From Hypanus sabinus (taxonomy: Eukaryota): a stretch of DNA of 64,000 nt. The stretch lies in the NCBI RefSeq assembly GCF_030144855.1, contig NC_082712.1, forward strand, positions 13,268,001-13,332,000, read 5' to 3'. Below the pieces are notes generated by a model. It saw nothing but the letters and a program-made list of their open reading frames with translations, was not told the DNA's origin and ran no database searches. A program made the translations under genes and the position numbers. Positions 62,236-64,000 of the stretch are shown here, in pieces (the stretch's first letter is position 1; the number at the start of each line of letters is the position of its first letter).

Positions 62236-62599
62236 GCAAATATTCAGCAATATGCACCTATTGGGCTGGAATGGGCTGCATAGATAGGCAACAGGTTGTC
62301 ATGCACGTTGTGGGCCCACAGGATAATTTCTTCACTGAACAGAATGCCTACAATTCTTAAGAGAAGTTTGGATACGTACATAGATGAAAGGGGTATGGAG
62401 GACAATGGACCATGTGTGGATCGATGGGCCAAGCCCAAATAGTTTGGTGTGTACTCGATGGATCAAAGGGTCAGTTTTTGTGCTGACACTTTCAGACTCT
62501 ACAACTGTAGTGATAAGTTAATCTATTTCCATTGTTTCGCTTGGAAGCACCTACTTAAACACTGGGAACATCTTACCAAAACCATCCATAACAGTTACT

Positions 62600-63190
62600 A
62601 TGTTTGTCTTTTTAATGTTTCTCTTATCAACCACCTTCGTTCCATCCAAAAATCCCCATTCCCATTCGGACACGTTGGTCCATGGTCCCACCTGCTGCCA
62701 CAATGAGGCCACTCTCAATTTGAGGAGCAGCACACCATATTCAGTTTGGATGGCTTTCAAGCTGAAAGCAATAACATCGATATTTCCAACTTCTGCTAAT
62801 CCCCCTCCCCATCCCTCTTCTTCAATTCCCCACACTGCCCCCTTAGCTCTTTTCATCCCATCCCCTGCCTATAAACTGCCCCGGAGCCCTCCTAATGACC
62901 TTCCCCATTTCCCATCTTCCATTATAATTTCCTATAAGATCCTTTCTTCTCCAGCCCCTTGGTTTTTCTACTTATCATCTCCCTACTTCTTACATCAACC
63001 CCCCTCCCCAACCCACTGGCTTCAATTATTTCCTTCTAATTTGTACTCATTTTACTCCCTGTATTGTTTATTCAGGCTTCTCTCCATCCTTTGCAGTCCT
63101 GATGAAGGGATTTGGCCTGAAATGTCGAATGTTTATTCCTGTAGATGATGGCTGACCTGCTGAGTTCCTCCAGAATTTTGTGTGTGTTAT
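62600..63190 (+). mobile_element. Penelope-like 3' fragment with hammerhead motif
   Basis: Degenerate GIY-YIG tail, pyrimidine-rich spacer, then cagtcctgatgaaggg..gaaatgtc and gctgacctgctgagttcctccag. Confidence 0.7.
63094..63131 (+). ncRNA. Minimal type I hammerhead ribozyme motif (Penelope-derived)
   Basis: CAGUC-CUGAUGA-AGGGAUUUGGCCU-GAAAU-GUC-GAAUG. Confidence 0.6.
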
Positions 63191-64000
63191 ATTGAATTGT
63201 TCAGCTCTATCTACAGACGGTACTTGAAATCAAGAACTGTTTGGTATTGCTTATTACTCCAAGGGAGACCATCCAGCCATTGGACTATGCTGGCTCCCAG
63301 CAGAGTGGTCCCAGTTGTTCCATTCCCTCTTTATTTTCTTGTACCCCAATTGTCTCTCATAAATGCCCATTAACTGCCTCCAAAACGCACTCAGGATAAT
63401 TTATTAACCAATCATCCCATGCATCCTTTGTGCATCGGAAAGGAAACAGAACACGCATGGGATACCCACAGCCACAGGGACAACATGCAAACAGCAGTGC
63501 CAGCGACTACCCACCACTGTCTGTAATAAGTCTGTATGCTCATCCCAAGACTGCATGGATTCCTTCTGGGTGGACCAGTTACCTCCCACATTCCAAAGAT
63601 GTATGGGTTGAGAGGGCAATTAGTCACTTTTGTGTATGTAAGCGCCACAGGTTTGTTACTGTGCTGTATCTTTATATAATAACATGAATAAAGTTTCCTC
63701 TATTAGTAAGACAGTTGTCTTCTATGTAAATTATAGAGCATGGTTTCTCAACCTGGGGTCCATGGACCCCTTGCTTAATGTTAACGGCCCATGGCATAAA
63801 TTCCAACCCAGCACGAGAGTCATTAGTTTCTTTCAGGCATGTTCATGAGCCTGGGATTAACCAAAGATAAGTGTAGGTGTTTGAAGCAGCAGAGTACCTG
63901 TGATTGAAGGCCCTTCGTCTGATCTATGGGATTGAGAGACATGTGGCTGTAGTGTGAAATGTTAATGAGTTTGCTCAAATTCAATTGTCATTCACCGGTG

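Overview
Vertebrate genomic DNA, most likely a cartilaginous fish and probably a ray. This is inferred from the repeat landscape (CR1 LINEs with SGNH-esterase ORF1, HE1/V-SINE-like SINEs, Penelope fragments) and was not database-checked. Most of the window is nested retroelements: CR1, L1/Tx1-like, Rex1/Babar-like, RTE, Penelope and Gypsy-type LTRs. One host gene is buried in them on the + strand. It can be assembled by hand from phase-compatible exons: signal peptide (7396-7456), Siglec-15-like V-set domain with the sialic-acid-binding Arg (19507-19890), second V-set domain without the Arg (28993-29382), transmembrane exon with a central Lys (33227-33329), and a short tail exon (from 35090). 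The product is a ~317 aa activating, DAP12-type Ig-superfamily receptor. About 15 kb downstream is an old duplicate of the TM-plus-tail module (~47930-50240) whose TM exon has an in-frame TGA. Other notable items are minimal hammerhead-ribozyme motifs in Penelope fragments, three ~200 bp solo LTRs with perfect 5 bp TSDs, an internally deleted chromovirus-like LTR element, two L1-like insertions with TSDs, ~65 bp Tc1/mariner-type hairpin MITEs, and an 81 bp minisatellite. TE boundaries without a TSD are approximate.
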